DNA of 64,000 bases from positions 155,712-219,711 of the forward strand of contig MU619277.1 in the NCBI GenBank assembly GCA_025201805.1, given 5' to 3'. A program made the translations under genes and the position numbers. This DNA is from Parasitella parasitica NRRL 2501. Lineage: Eukaryota > Fungi > Mucoromycota. Positions 23,426 through 35,608 of this stretch are shown piece by piece (the first letter of the stretch is position 1; each line of letters opens with the position of its first letter). The notes beneath the pieces were generated by a model. It saw only the letters and a list, made by a program, of their open reading frames with translations. It ran no database searches and was not told the DNA's origin.

Positions 23426-25797
23426 TTATCTCACCTCCATAATCATTTCCATAATCATATTTTTAGCTGTGATGAAGTCCCCTTGGGCAGATCTCAAAAA
23501 ATCATTAATGTAATGTCTATCTAATCTGGGGAATAAGTCGCACAAGTCATCCAAGGTAAGTTCCCATTCCTCAATCATTGCTGAACTAGCATAATAATCA
23601 TGGGATTGATTGCCATTCATCAGAGAAGATCTTCGGCTGTTTCTTGTTGGAGTAGGCTGATAATAATCTCTTTCTCTTCTTGATACTGGAGGGAGAGGTT
23701 GATCGTAATAAGATGATGGCTGTTCATCGTAGTAAGCGGGTTGTTTCAGAGCAGTCTGATAGTAATAATCTTCATTATTGTGAGAGCTGCTTCTGCTCCT
23801 GCTTCGACTTCTGTTTTGACTTCTTCGTCTTGGTGGTTCAAGAGGTACATGATAATCTTGCTGGTTTATGCCTTGTCTGCTGCTATTGTATCTATTTCCG
23901 TCAGCTGCTGCTATGAAAGACGAATCTCTTTGTCGAAAAGCAGGAGGAGGAGCATAATGCCTAGACTGCTCATATTCGTAGTCATAACCATCATCATACA
24001 TGTCATTTTGATAGTATTCTTGATAACCTTGGTCTTGTATGTCATCTTCATAGTACGGCTCATAAGCGTAGTCTGACTGAGGCTGTTGATATGAATTGCG
24101 ATTTGAGTTTGTCTTTTTCAGGATGGATACAGGCTGAGTGCATTGAGATGTTCCTGTGGAGTCTTCTAATGGCGAAGAAATTGCATTATGATTAGGCGAC
24201 ACGGATGAAATACCAAGAGTCTGGCCATGATAACTATCAAAATACTCCTCGCCGGTGTCTTCATAGTCTTTTATATCCATATCCAATGGAGACTGGGTCA
24301 TCTCGCTGTTATCCATGTACAGAGAATCTACGCCGGGTGATACTGATAGGTTGCTATTGTTGAACCTGCTATTCAATAGAGGCGCAGAACGATTAAACAA
24401 TTCATCTCCCAACTGCAACTGTTGAGCACGAGCATCGCCTCTTGATTTCGCCTTCTTTTTGAATAAACCCAACACCTTCTTGGGCTCTTTGGCTGCTGGA
24501 GGCGTGTAACTAAACCAATCATCAGGAGGTCCCTTTTGTGTCTGTTTGACAATCCATGGAATCAACTCAGTTGATGCCTGCATACAATCGAGATATGCAT
24601 TATCTAATACAGTGCAATACACACATACTTTAAGAACAAAACACAAGAAGAAAAAGGGTTAGACTTACTGTAAATATCAACCCTGTCTTGGCGAGATTCT
24701 ATCTTTTTTATCTGCTTCCTTCGAATTGGAATATGTCGTGCCGCATCTAGTGCTTCTGCATGCTGCTGTTGCTGATAGATGTTCATAACTTCATTGTCGT
24801 CTTGTGCCCAACTATTATCAATTAGACGTCTTTCATAAGAGGGACTTTTCTGCTGCTTTGGCTTGCATATATTCATAGCATCAAATAGTGAGTTGTGGCT
24901 CGTCTTACGACTTGGACCTTGTTGGGATGCATTATCGTTCTGTTGGTACTCTTGGTACATGGAATTTCGACTTGATTTTCGAGACAGAGGAGACAGGAAC
25001 TGCTTGACATCTTCGATAAAGGAGGAAGCCCGACTGCTAGGCCTTGATGGTGTTGGACTAGGCGCCAATGAGGATGTAGATGCATCGTTTATGGATGACA
25101 TGCTCTTTCTTCTATCCAATCTAGCTGTGGACGGCGAAAGAAGACTGATGCTGTTGTTGCCACTACCCAGATTCTTTAATTTATCAGCAACCTCAGAAAT
25201 GAATGACCTTGATCGAGTTCTCTTTTTGGGGACGCAAGCAGGGCACATGTTTACATTGCCGTTATCAACTTTGAGAGTATTGTTCGATTCAAACGGTAGG
25301 ATTGTATTGCACCTGTAGCATGTAATGTACGAATACTGCTGATCGGGTGTGAGAGCTCTAAAGCATTGGAGTTAGTTTATGAGAGTTCGTTTACAACTAG
25401 TTTTTTGATGTATTACTCTTCTTCTATTTCATCACTATCACTTTCAATGAGAATTGGTCTTTTAATATCTGCACTTTCGTTAGAATGGTTATCAGCTTGT
25501 CTTTGCTGATCGTGTTGTTCCTCTTGGTAGAAATGCTGATCAAAATCCGCCGCCCTGGATGCTGCAGAGTCAGATATTTGGTATTGTTGCACATCGTGCG
25601 AGAACTTTTCAAAGGGAACATCTAATTCTTAAATCAGTACGGTGATTTCGCCTATAAAATAATATTTTACTTACCAATGAGATGCTCAATTTCATTGTAC
25701 AAGTCTTCAACGGTGTCTACAAAGGCCTGCCATGTTAATCCAGTTGTCTACCTTGAACTTATTTATACAAAATACCTGTCTGATATTCTTGTGTCAT
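23426..25797 (-). CDS. Multi-exon protein with a CxxC..CxxC zinc ribbon, a long S/Y/Q-rich disordered region and a C-terminal CUE-like ubiquitin-binding domain
   Basis: TCYRCN...MCPAC; C-terminus LDDLCDLFPRLDRHYINDFLRSAQGDFITAKNMIMEM fits the CUE FP..L pattern. ORFs can be joined by GT-AG introns. The ATG at 25797 is inferred. Confidence 0.7.
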
Positions 25798-27954
25798 GGA
25801 TTATTCAGTTATGGAATGAGCAAAATAAAAGAAGAAATCAAGATAAAAGAAAGAAACTAATGGTAATTTTGATTTTTTGGATATTGTTATGAGTTAAAGC
25901 AAGTGAAAACACACTTCCTAAAACAGTTTCATGCTTTTTTTTTATTTATTTATTTAAATCCATGGTTTGTGCAACGCGAAGCAATAATAATGCTTTTCAG
26001 TTTATGAGAGAGGGCAGATGCATTATTGCTAATATCAGCCCGTTATCAAACATCACAACAGAACACTCTGTGTAAATAATTTTTTCATTGGACGAGAATG
26101 CTATTTTCTGCACTATGTATCGCTTGGTCTATCCTTTATTGAATCATTGCATATAGAAATAATTGAACGCGGTTAGTATTTTAGATGTGTGGTTGTTACA
26201 GACCTATAAGTGCATTAGTTCATAAATACAAACAGAAACATTCATTTTTCTTTTCCATGTGCTATATTGAGTAATCGCAATGAATACAACTCTATATTTG
26301 GAATTTCAATGCGATCAATACGGAGATGAGCCGATGATCAGGGACAAGAAACACCTTTTGTTTAATCGTTGTAAAGATGTTTACATTGTCCTTTTTCAAT
26401 ATTCTTTATTTTCATAAATGTCTTTATTTACCCCAAATCTTACTTTCATTGACGCACATAAATCAAAACTCTCGCTTTTCCTTGTAATTTGTCCAGGATT
26501 ACATAGTAACAACACAGATGCTGCTCTGTCATGCTCCACAAATTGTAACAACCATTATTTTGACATGCTGAATACTCCCATTTCTCTTGTCAATTCTTGT
26601 GGAACAGATATGTACAATGTATTGCCTATAAATATACATTCAGCATGTTCACAAAGTAATCTTTCGCAGAGTCTTATTACACACTCTACGAGGCGTGGAG
26701 CAATTAAAATATAAAATAAATCCAACAATTAAAATGAGAATGAATATATTTTATGTAGTTATTCAAGTTATTTCTACAAACTATAAACTATATGATATCA
26801 CGTATACTTATTGTAGAATGCAATATGAAGGGGAAACTTTAAAATAGATGCACATGAAAGAATTTTGATAAATTAAGACAAAGAAATTCTTTCTCTCTTT
26901 GGATGTTGTGCATGTGTACTTGAATATATCGTGTTATTAATATAATACCCTCTCGATTCGATTTATTATCAATTATTAACGTATCAACGTATTAACATAC
27001 TCTTATTTACATTTTACTTATGGCTGACTCGCCTTTTTCGGATAACATTTGTTGAAATCTCAAAAAAAATGTGGCAAGAGCTTTTCCTCCATTATCGTGT
27101 AAAATTAAATAGTATATGTAAATAGTTTTAAGCCTCGCAACCTAACCAAGCGAGCTTAAGCCAGTTCTTTTGCAGAAAAGTTGTTTATTCAAGTACGTTC
27201 GAGCAGTGTGCTTACTCGAATTTCTTGCGCTCAATATGTTTGGTTGCGAGCCATGAGTAAACTCAAATATATTGTATAAAGGTGCAAAAGAAGAAGATTC
27301 TGGCTAAAGGTTGTGTCTCCATTGCTTAATAATTTACAAAGATATTAGAGATTGCAGATTATACTCTTAAGCAGGGAGGAAAGTAATGTTTTAGATTTGG
27401 TACCATTTATTTCATCCAAAAAATGAAGGTATGTAAAAATCTTTTTTGAGGCCATATTTTACAGCATCTCAGCTATTGATTAATTTTAATACACACTCAA
27501 GTTACCTATTAGAATCATGCTTTGCTCCTCAAGGGAAAGCGGATGGTGCACGCATGTTATATCGACTACATGGCTATACTGGGCTTTAGATTCAATCTCA
27601 GAGATGTGTTTCCATTTGAGTCGAAACAGATTCATTGCTAGATATTTCAAGAAAGTAATAAATATATTGGATTTGCATACCAAGTGTTTTATGGCAATAA
27701 AAGAATTCTGCATCTAATCATATAGATTACAAGGCTTGCAAACACCTTCTTTTAATACCAATTTTCAAATATTCAAAAATCACCTTTTTTGATTGTTTTT
27801 GAGTAAAAGTAACCATATTTTGAGCACATACGACAAATCAGTCGTCTTGACACTGGCTAATGGAGTATCTTTGAATCACGTTTTCAAACGCTTGCTATTC
27901 ATTCTTCCTCGTCCGCTAGATTAATACCAGCATATATTATACAAATATGATCGA

Positions 27955-28070
27955 TCAGGTACTGATTTTGTTCAAGTGTGGCCATGAGTGTGTAAAATCG
28001 TTACTCAGGCACTGGTTTCGATCAAGGTTAATTGCGACTGTGTGAAATCGGTACTCAAGTACTAATTTCA
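27955..28070. repeat. Imperfect tandem repeat, period 50 nt, about 2.3 copies
   Basis: Units in register at 27961, 28011 and 28061: ACTGATTTTG...TGTAAAATCGTTACTCAGGC / ACTGGTTTCG...TGTGAAATCGGTACTCAAGT / ACTAATTTC. Confidence 0.7.
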
Positions 28071-28226
28071 AGCTTGGGCAAATACAAGTCTTTTTAAGTT
28101 TCTTGAAATAATCGTGGCCACCCTTGCTACACTAGGTGTTACAAGTTTCTTTCATTTGGTGACTTTTCAAATTCGTACAGTACTTTGATCACATACGGCC
28201 TTTTAAAAAAAAAAAAAAAAAAAACG

Positions 28227-28311
28227 CAAGTAAATGATAAATGTCACGGTGTTTGTGATAATAAATATTTGGGTTTCTGATAAAAGCTGAGACGTTTCTG
28301 AGAGAAGAGAA
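28227..28311 (-). repeat. Diverged repeat copy A, inverted partner of 30902-31007
   Basis: Shares exact blocks TTCTCTTCTCTCAGAAA and TTTATCATTTACTTG with copy B in the opposite orientation. Confidence 0.75.
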
Positions 28312-28859
28312 TAGCCATTGTGCAAAAGCAGTAGGTGTTTTTAAATGAACGATTATTTGGGTTTTTATAATCCCAATGCAGTGGAAAGTCTTTATCAACA
28401 CTATTACATTTACTTCAGAACCTGAAACTGAACAACCACCAACGGGCTGCAATACAAAATTGTTCGAATTTCATAATTTTTAGATGTTGATAAATTATTT
28501 CAAATATATTCGTTAAATATTAGACATCTAAAGAAGCTCAAATATTTAGACAAGTCTATGGAACTGCAAAGGTATTTTAAACTAATTTGCAAAACCATCA
28601 AACTATCAAACTATCAAACTGCACATACCAGTAATGCGTTAAGTTGTACGTATCCGTCAAATTATGCATTTAAATAATGGCAGTTTATCTCTGAATCTAA
28701 GGTTAAACCAACCATTTCATTTTGTTTTCTCCTTTGATTATATGTCTTTTCAAAAATCATAGCATATTCAAGAAAATGGTAATCTCTATTTTTATAACTT
28801 CGTATTATCATTATATGTTCATCTGTTAAGTCAACATATCCAGTATCAAGGAAAGAATT

Positions 28860-28885
28860 TACAGTCGAGACCCGTTATAACAGAC
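28860..28885 (+). mobile_element. Solo pogo/Tigger-like transposon terminus
   Basis: TA|CAGTCGAGACCCGTTATAAC resembles pogo-type TIR starts (CAGTCGA...CGTTATAAC, from recall). No partner end was seen. Confidence 0.35.
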
Positions 28886-30901
28886 GGATTGGTGTACAAA
28901 ACTGTATCTAGCGAGTTATCCCCTATATTCAGAATTCGATGCTCTAAATTACAAAATCTGGAACCTGGAATCTACCAGAACCTTATTATGAAGTTTAACT
29001 TTTGATAGTAAAATCACCCTCAACCTCAATCCTAACCTCTACTCCACTTTCTATTTTACATGTTTAGCATTAGAAACACAAAAAAAAGGGACTCTTGAAC
29101 TGATATTAAGAATTATTATAAGCAACAATGGTGATAAGGCTTCTCTGTCACTAGCAATTGGCAACCTATGAATTATTCACAAATAGCAAGAGGTTGTTAC
29201 GGCAAAACCATTGTATTAATTAATTACTCTCTTCTGCTTCCAACTCGTTGAGCCATACCTATTTTACCATGCTATTATGAAGAAAGGTATACTTGTAGCA
29301 TTAAAAATACCTACTTTACAGAGCTTTGTTATGTACTAGAATTGATATTGACGCGATATCATCTCCAGGTAGATATTGTTTACCGCTTAAAAGCAACAAA
29401 TTTAACTTCATGTGCCATTTTTTGATTAATTTTTATAATCAAAAGTGCCCTGAAAACACGAAAAATAGTATCCATTGATAAAAAACTATATTATAAATGA
29501 TTTTGGTGCAATTTGAGCATGATTTTTTTTTCGATGCAAAATGATGGATTTTATCTTGCGTCTACACATCTAAAATCATCGATTATGCATTATCCTCAAT
29601 ATAGACCTTAAAAATGCAACTTTTTACTATAGCTTATATTGGAGGAAAATGATCGTAAAAGACCGTTCTTTGGTCTGAAAGACTGAAAATGCGCTCTGAT
29701 TAAGCAAAATGTTGACTTTTCCCTCTTAATCTGCTTTTGAGGTTTTCTCGGCAAAATTCCTTCCATAAGCATACGGGAATTATGAAATGGTACCATCATG
29801 TAGAGCGCCCAAAAATACAGCTATTATCATAGACGGATAGCCGTGGTATGTATAGTATCAAAGAATGATATTTTGCCTCAAAGGAGTAATTTTGTTTTCG
29901 AAATGTCCAAATGGAGTTTTTAAAAGAACTTTTTCTTCCTGATTTTGGATGGTTCAATCTCCGCTTTCAAAGAAAATAAATGGTGGTTTTTTGAAGAAGG
30001 CATTAGCTTTGAGAAGCCATAGCTTATCCAATTTAAGAGGAAAACAATTGAAGTTTAGTTTATTTAAATGGTATGCTTTTTGGCTTTCTGATGGTAGTAC
30101 TTGCATGTCTTTAGCTGGCCTGAAGATCTCACGCTTCGATTTTGAAAAATAAATTTCCGAAGAAAGTCAGAAAAGTCGCTATCTTCATCTGATGTCAATT
30201 TAAAAAGTCCAAAAACTTGATCCAAGCTATGCAAATATGTGATCAAAAGGTGCCTTGTATTGTAATTTACTACTTTGAATTACTTGTTTTTTGTATTTGA
30301 GGTCGCTAAAAATTGTTTCTTACAGTTTTTGTCTTTTTTCTGACGATAGCACACTGAAGTTAGCGTAGACCAAAAAAAGCAGGTACTTAAAATCTACGCT
30401 GGCTTTGCTAAGATACACACTTTTGAACCATTCCAATATTATGGAAAATATGGCACAGGCTTGACTAGCTGTTCGACTGTGCAAATGGATATAGAGAACC
30501 CTGCTTGGTATTTGTCTGCCAAGACATTCTACACTAGAAGACGCCAGATCAACTGAAGGTATAAGAAGTTGCCAGCGAAAAGGAAACAATCCGCCACCAA
30601 CGCACCCATTCATAAAAAAGTATCAGTATAGGAATTAATGATTTCCCAAAGACATAAATGTGTTTGTCTTCAACTTTGCTCTCCGTTCCTGATTCCAATT
30701 AAAGGTTTTAGATCCAAAGCCAACAGACACATTTACACCCAGAATCACAAATGTTTATGAATAGACAACCGTAACTTTTTTTAAAGATTACATTGAACTT
30801 AGAGACAAAATATTCTCTTCGTATCCTCACTATGAATAAAACAAAGCAATTACTCTTTTTCTCTAAATATGGAATCCCCACTTGTCTTTTTAGGGAGACA
30901 T

Positions 30902-31007
30902 TTCTCTTCTCTCAGAAAATTCTTTGCTTTAATCAGAAATAAAAGGTTTATTACCAGAAACCCTAATATACATTACCACAACCACCATAATCTTTATCAT
31001 TTACTTG
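30902..31007 (+). repeat. Diverged repeat copy B, with a 21-nt in-frame insertion
   Basis: See copy A. The two copies translate to similar peptides FSSLR...RNPNIxYHxH..xYHLL. Confidence 0.75.
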
Positions 31008-31354
31008 GATTGAAACTGCAAAATGACAGTATGAAATCAATACTCAGATATTGATTGCCTGTCGTGCTTAAGACAATTTCCATTGCCTCCGTTCCGGCCT
31101 CCAATGTGATAAATGCTCTCTGAGCCACGTTTTATTTGCATAATACAATTTGAGTAATAATAATAATAAACTATATTTCTCCCTTTCTTCTTCATATCTT
31201 TCTAAGCCGCGCATCATGGAAATAACTTGAGACAGATCAAAATCTTACAAATGACCAGAACATGCAACATGCCACTGAAAATAAATTAGCTCTGCATATC
31301 CATTAAATGGGAGAATATGTCGTTATTGAATAGGTTCTTTATTTACATTTATGT

Positions 31355-33058
31355 TCAAGGGTGCTGCAATAAATTTTGGAACTCGCCAATACAGCAGTTT
31401 GAGCAATCTTTAAGCAAAAGCAGATAATAGGGGAGCGCTATTTTTTAGATTGATATTGTTTGTTTCCTTTTGCTGCTGCCTGTAAAGAAGTATTAACGTG
31501 TTGATAATCTATGCGTCGGACTAAAAGCAGGCACTTACCATCTCATCCAGAACCAGCTTCATTTCGCCTCGCTTGCAACTGATTCCAACCATGCATTCGT
31601 CGATAGAAACAGTCTACAGAATCAACGTCAAATATCAATTCAAATAAGATTACTTTATCCTTACATTGTAGTTCACTATTTTACTCCAAATGTCAGTGTT
31701 TGATCTCAAGTGGGTGATTATTTCTTTTCTTTTGTTGAGGTCGAGACCTCCAGGCTGGTTGCTGATAGCCAGTGGTGGCTCCGATGTTTGCGGAGAACTG
31801 CTTTGGCTTCTGATAGACATGAAGATGCCCTTTAAATCCCTAATCATTTGGGCTCTGTTATTACCTGTTTTAAATCCGTATGTTTTTAGCTTGGCCTTCA
31901 ATTCAACTGTTGATAATTCGTCGTAGTTGGGCATATCTGGCGGTTGCGAATTTACAGAGGCAGGAGCTGCTGTACTAGGTGATGCTGCATGTGAAGTACT
32001 GGCATGTTGTGAATCTGGAATAAGCAAGGAGTTGGTAGATGAATGTTTTGATATTGGTGATGGTAAATTTAATGATGAGGCATAGGGGGCACTGTGGTCA
32101 ACAGTTTGTGAGCCGAAAAGGTCAGCAATTCCATCTGAATTGAAACTGAGGTCTCCCTCTTGCTCTGCTCCAACATTTGAGAATGATGAATGATCAGGCA
32201 CTGAAGGAGCAATCACGAAAGGATACGACTCCTGTGTCAAGTTGATTATTGAGTCATTTGAATAATCGCTATAGTCAATACCCTGGCCATTACTTGTGGA
32301 GTGCATGTATTCCATCTCCTGCGAATCATCTTGGTCTATTGTTATGACATTATCCGGAGCAGTTGCCTATGTTTTTTTGCACGTTTAATGGAATGTTGCT
32401 GCAGCACACCCGTTGTTAACTTACATTTGCATCTTTTAGAATACACAAAAGAGGAAAGAGCCTTGCATATCGGACGTCCGAGAGTATAATCTTGCCCAAA
32501 TCAATCATTTCTCTGACACTGCTTTCAAATTGAGATTGTATCAACTCGTAGGATGCGTTCTTGATATTACTGTATTAGCGGTTTTTTTAGGTAGCTTTTT
32601 CATCTAACCTGCTTTACCTCTACTTTATCAAGACATGAGCGAATGAAGTTTAGTTCTCTTGCTTGGTGAAGCCTTGTTTTTTTCAGCACCGAAATCAGCT
32701 TTGATACGCCCTCCGTATAAAAATTAGCAATAAGCGGGTGCAGCATTAAAATGACATTTAACGCCAATTCTGATTCCATAGCGAGTCGATGAGCATAAGT
32801 GGCTAGGAGCCGGATTGTCTCGTCTTCATTGTCTTGCAGCAAATCGTCGGCAGTAGGGTCTGTTATCATCAACGCCAAACGAAAATAGATGGATGGTGCC
32901 AGGTCGAGATTCATGCAATCGCTATTGTGGGTCCAATTTTCTCGTACACAAGTAGAGCATTCACCATGGATGTCATCGTAAGACGGTCTGGAAAGAGTGC
33001 TTCGAGGCCTTTTACGCCTAAGGCTCTGTTCATTGCTAGGTGAACGCTTCGTCATCAT
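31355..33058 (-). CDS. SLX4: Slx4-like structure-specific endonuclease scaffold (SAP motif plus C-terminal Slx1-binding-like domain), multi-exon; 3' end approximate
   Basis: PDMPNYDELSTVELKAKLKTYGFKTGNNRAQMIRDLKGIF matches the Slx4 SAP pattern MPxYxxxxxxELxxxLxxxG. It is followed by IITHLRSNTDIWSKIVNY|TVSIDE..MKLVLDE, resembling the Slx4 C-terminal domain. Confidence 0.65.
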
Positions 33059-33185
33059 GATTGAAATGAAGAAGAGTCAATCAAAACTGAAAAAGTGCGC
33101 AGTCCGTTAAATGAAAAAAGTGTTACACGATTGTTTATTTTTTTATTCTAGCAAAATCAAATTATTTCTATCACAGTGCTTGCAG

Positions 33186-35608
33186 TTATTGTGCTAATTC
33201 AGGGATATTATAGTAGAGATCAAGACTCCCAGGATTGCTCAAAGTACCTGTTGCAGTGACCTTTTGACCGCCCAGGATCTTCTTTACAGCCACTTCGACC
33301 TTTTTTCCGTTTATAGTGTACTAAATGATCGCTGTTTAATTCCAATGTTTACGATGTGCTTACCAATTCTACTTACTGGAATGTCTTTGATTGCGAGGAT
33401 AAATGCAGGCACGTGTCTAGGGCTCAATTCACTACGAATGGTAACTTTGAGCTTCTTGACCAACTCATCCGAAATGGTCTCACTACCATCCTTCATCTTC
33501 AAGAATAGCACTACTCTTTCATCATCCTCGCCCTTGATCTTTTGGCCGACACACAGAGAATCTTCGATACCGCCATCAACATTGAACTTGTCTACAACAT
33601 TGTAAATCTCAGCGCTGCCAAAACGCACACCATTTGGATTCAATGTCCCATCGGATCTACCGAGCATCACAACGCCGCCAGTATTGGGGTTGATCCACAC
33701 GAAATCACCATGGTACCAGGTGCGGTCGTAGACGTCAAAGTACGCGCCCTTGTATTTTGCTCTCTCTGGGCCATCACCATACATACAAACAGGCATACAC
33801 GGGAAGGGAGTGATACAAACAAGGTCCGCTGCACTGGCATAAACAGGCTTCTCAAAGTCGGACCAAGCTTGAATGTTCATACCTAAGCAAATACACTGGA
33901 TTTCACCTCGATAAACAGGAAGTGCAGCATTATGACCAGCAAACAAGGAGCAGATATCAGTGCCGCCAGTAATGCTGCCCAACATTATGTCCTTCTTGAT
34001 GTGCTCATAAACGAAATCGAAGCTCTCGGGTTTCAAAGGAGAACCAGTAGAGTAGATAGCTTTGAGCGAATCGAGTTTGCATACATCCACTATGACAGCA
34101 AGGTTAGACTATGATCAGTCAACGTAAAACCAACTTACTGGGATGGACATTAGCTTCTTGGAGCGATTGAATATATTTAGCAGAAGTGCCAAAGTGAGTA
34201 ACATTCAGCTCATCAGCCAACTCCCACAAAGAGATAGGAGCAGGCTTGAAAGGACTACCATCCCAAAGGACGATAGTGGCACCCACACTGAGACCGGCAA
34301 CAAGCCAGTTCCACATCATCCAACCCGTGGTCGTATAATAAAAGAAGACATCATCAGGCGTCATGTCACCATGGATAATGTGTTCCTTCTTCAATTGAAG
34401 TAAAAGACCTGCACCAGAGTGAACAATGCATTTGGGCAAACCTGTTGTACCTGAGCTGAATAGTATAAACGCAGGATGGTTGAATGGCAGTTGCTCGAAA
34501 TGGATGTCTGAAGGCAGCTTGTCTTTAGGCACAGTGTCCAAAAAGTTTGACCAGGAAACCAAACAAGGGATTTTGTAATTCTCAAGTTCCTCCAACTCGC
34601 CCACAAATGGGATCAAGACCACCTTTTCAAGACATGGGAGACCTTTGCAAAAGGGCTTTTAAAACCAACACAATAGATTGCACCCACTAAATTACCTTCA
34701 ACAACTGTTTTCAATTTGGAGATATGGTTCAAATTTTTACCATTGTAAATAACAGCATTCACAGAGATCAGTACCTTGGGCTGGATTTGAGCGAAACGAT
34801 CAAGTACACCCTATTAAAAAATGTGAGTATTTTTTTCCCACGATGCACAACATCCTTCTTTACTGTAGTTCCAAAATCAGGTGAAGTAGAGCTAAAAAAA
34901 AAATTAGGTAAAATAGATTTAGCTATCAAGGATAACACCCATAAACGCCTACCTCCAAAGAGCGCCAATACTGGTAGTCGCCAGCATAGCGATAACGGCC
35001 TCTGCACAATTGGGAATGTAAGCAGCAACACGATCGCCTTTCGTTACCCCCAAAGATTTCAAAGCTTCGGCACATTTCAAAACATCATTGTACAATTCCT
35101 CGTAACTGATAAAACGCCTTTCATGTCCTTCACCTATTAATTAATGTTAATTACAGGTGTGGACACTATCCCCTTCCAATGATCATACCAGTAGCGACAA
35201 TAGCGGTTTTGTCAGGGCTTCTGCACCATAACAGATTCTCTGCGACATTCAATCGAGATTCATTGAACCATTCAGGGATTGAATCCATCTTTGCAGTTTT
35301 ATCAATGACATGATCGCCCTGTTTGGACGAAATTATGTTTGTATAGGACCAAACCTCTGACCAAAACAATTCTGGGTGCTCAACCGACCATTTCCAGAGT
35401 TCAGCATAGGTACCTGTACAATGTTAACATTTACTGATTTGCAAAAACATACACGCATTTTCATACCCAGTTGTTGTTGTGGATATTTAGATTGCATAAG
35501 TTGGCGGAATTTATCCATTTGAGTGTTCTCAGGGTGAGAAGGTTTCCAAAGACATTTAGGCTCGGTTGTCAATGTATTATCGGGGACAAGAGTAGCAGCA
35601 GCAATCAT
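33186..35608 (-). CDS. AACS: Acetoacetyl-CoA synthetase (acetoacetate-CoA ligase), multi-exon
   Basis: [83 protein letters not shown] and [14 protein letters not shown]. Confidence 0.95.

Noticed and set aside
27955-28070. CRISPR-like repeat-spacer array
   Set aside because: Only about 2.3 degenerate units, no identical repeats with unique spacers, no cas genes, fungal genome.
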